From Candidatus Uhrbacteria bacterium (GTDB lineage: Bacteria; Patescibacteriota; Patescibacteriia; UBA9934; GWF2-40-263): a stretch of DNA of 54,785 nt. A model generated the notes under the pieces. It was not told where the DNA came from. It worked only from the letters and a program-made list of their open reading frames with translations, and searched no databases. The position numbers and the translations under genes were made by a program. This document shows, in pieces, positions 53,648-54,785 of this stretch (its first letter is position 1; each line of letters begins with the position of its first letter). Location of the stretch: positions 1 through 54,785 of the forward strand of contig JBAXQK010000006.1 of assembly GCA_037131775.1 (NCBI GenBank), read 5' to 3'.

Positions 53648-54785
53648 CTAGAACCGCAGGCCCGTCGAGCTCCGGTAGTCGATCTCGATCAGGTAGTCGT
53701 ACGTGCCCGTGGCCACGCAGATTCCCTGGGAGTCGCTACCGTCGGTGCAGAACGTGTAGTTCTGCCACCAGTAGGTCGAGGACCCGCTGGTGCTCACGAC
53801 CGACACCTGGGAGGTGCAGCTCGAGAGCCCGTCGAACGAGACGACGTAGTAGCCGGCGGCATTGCTGCCGACGCTGTCGCCGCTGAGCCCGCACCCGGTA
53901 CCCGACCCGTTCTCGTAGACTTCGGCGGTCGCCGGCATCCCGTAGATCTGGGCCTCGTCCATCAGCAGGGTCTCGTACGACCCGTCCCCATCGACGTCCC
54001 GGAAGCAGGCTTCCTGGCCGGACGAGCAGACCGCCACGTCCTGCAGCTCGGCCATGGTGGCGTCGCTGCCGTCGCAGTCCTGGTCGATCCCGTCGTCCGG
54101 GATCTCGGCCGCGCCCGGGTGGACATCGATCTCGGAGTCATCGCAATCGGAGCTGTCCGCGACGTAGCCGCTCGCCGCCGAACAGGCCCCGGTCACGAAC
54201 GTGTCCGCGTCTCCGAACGCGTCGCCGTCGGTGTCCGCATACCAGGTGCCGGTGAGGCCCTCATCGATGCTCGCGTCGCAGTCGTCGTCGATCCCGTTGC
54301 AGGTCTCGACGGCGCCCGGATTGACCGAGGGGTTCGTGTCGTCGCAGTCCTCGGACACGCCGTACCCGTCGCCATCGACGTCGGCCTCGGACGTGACCTG
54401 GTCGACGCCGTCGCAGTCCTGGTCGGTGCCGTCGTCGGCGATCTCTGGGGCGCCGGGGTAGACCGTGGCGTCCGCGTCGTCGCAGTCGCCTTCCTCGACG
54501 GTGACGCCGTCGAGGTCCGCGTCGGTCTCGACGTAGACGCACTCGGCAGTGCCCGAGGCGTCGCTGCACTCGTAGCTGCCGGCGTCCGCGCAGTCGTACG
54601 TGAGGACCGTGGATCCCTCGCACCAGCTCACGACGGTCCCGTCGCAGCTCGAGACGTACGTCCCGCAGTCCACGCCGGTGTCGACCGTGCCGGTGTCGGA
54701 CCCGCTGTCCGTTCCGCCGCTGTCCGTGTCCGCCGTGCCGGTGTCCGTGTCGGCGACGCCGGTGTCCGTGTCGGCGACGCCGGTG
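53648..54785 (-). CDS. MopE-repeat Cys/Asp-rich protein, 5' end outside window
   Basis: Frame stays open beyond the ORF-track start (54673) to the window edge (...TGVADTDTGVADTDTGTADTDSGG...); CDD..PGA.E..DDG.DQDCDG repeats. Confidence 0.82.
   Translation of the reverse strand, partial: TGVADTDTGVADTDTGTADTDSGGTDSGSDTGTVDTGVDCGTYVSSCDGTVVSWCEGSTVLTYDCADAGSYECSDASGTAECVYVETDADLDGVTVEEGDCDDADATVYPGAPEIADDGTDQDCDGVDQVTSEADVDGDGYGVSEDCDDTNPSVNPGAVETCNGIDDDCDASIDEGLTGTWYADTDGDAFGDADTFVTGACSAASGYVADSSDCDDSEIDVHPGAAEIPDDGIDQDCDGSDATMAELQDVAVCSSGQEACFRDVDGDGSYETLLMDEAQIYGMPATAEVYENGSGTGCGLSGDSVGSNAAGYYVVSFDGLSSCTSQVSVVSTSGSSTYWWQNYTFCTDGSDSQGICVATGTYDYLIEIDYRSSTGLRF
54737..54785. repeat. 21-bp tandem repeat encoding (V)ADTDTG linker
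   Basis: GCCGGTGTCCGTGTCGGCGAC twice plus a partial third copy truncated by the window end. Confidence 0.8.

Noticed and set aside
49908-54785. CRISPR-like periodicity in the Cys/Asp repeat region
   Set aside because: Repeats are degenerate, in frame and protein-coding; no constant repeat/unique spacer structure and no cas genes.

Overview
High-GC (~65%) bacterial chromosomal segment whose gene content and signals (short intergenic spaces, mostly SD-less starts, CPR-type surface proteins, DUF5667/ECF pair, PEGA protein) point to a Patescibacteria/CPR genome (inference). It carries housekeeping genes (rpmB, hflX, HU, stand-alone riboflavin kinase, S41 protease, HelD-like ATPase, three NUDIX hydrolases); a large cell-surface glycosylation region (rmlA, rmlB, a plant/Mimivirus-type 3,5-epimerase/4-reductase with no rmlC, GT2/GT4/GT-C enzymes, UXS-like SDR, O-antigen-ligase-like protein); an ECF sigma/anti-sigma/S-layer-like block flanked by two FG-GAP-repeat hydrolases; and a tandem array of Cys/Asp-rich MopE-repeat lipoproteins of myxobacterial type. 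The most unusual signal is a set of small hairpin elements. A low-GC four-helix-bundle (23S rRNA IVP/Avd-like) gene sits in the loop of a perfect 32-bp heptamer-built inverted repeat, with a gene-less copy of the same hairpin and other heptamer/octamer hairpins at gene junctions. A ~40-bp palindrome is present five times, three of them in frame inside proteins. About 11 genes show a -10 hexamer 7-9 nt before the ATG (leaderless-type). I saw no rRNA, tRNA, CRISPR array or transposase.
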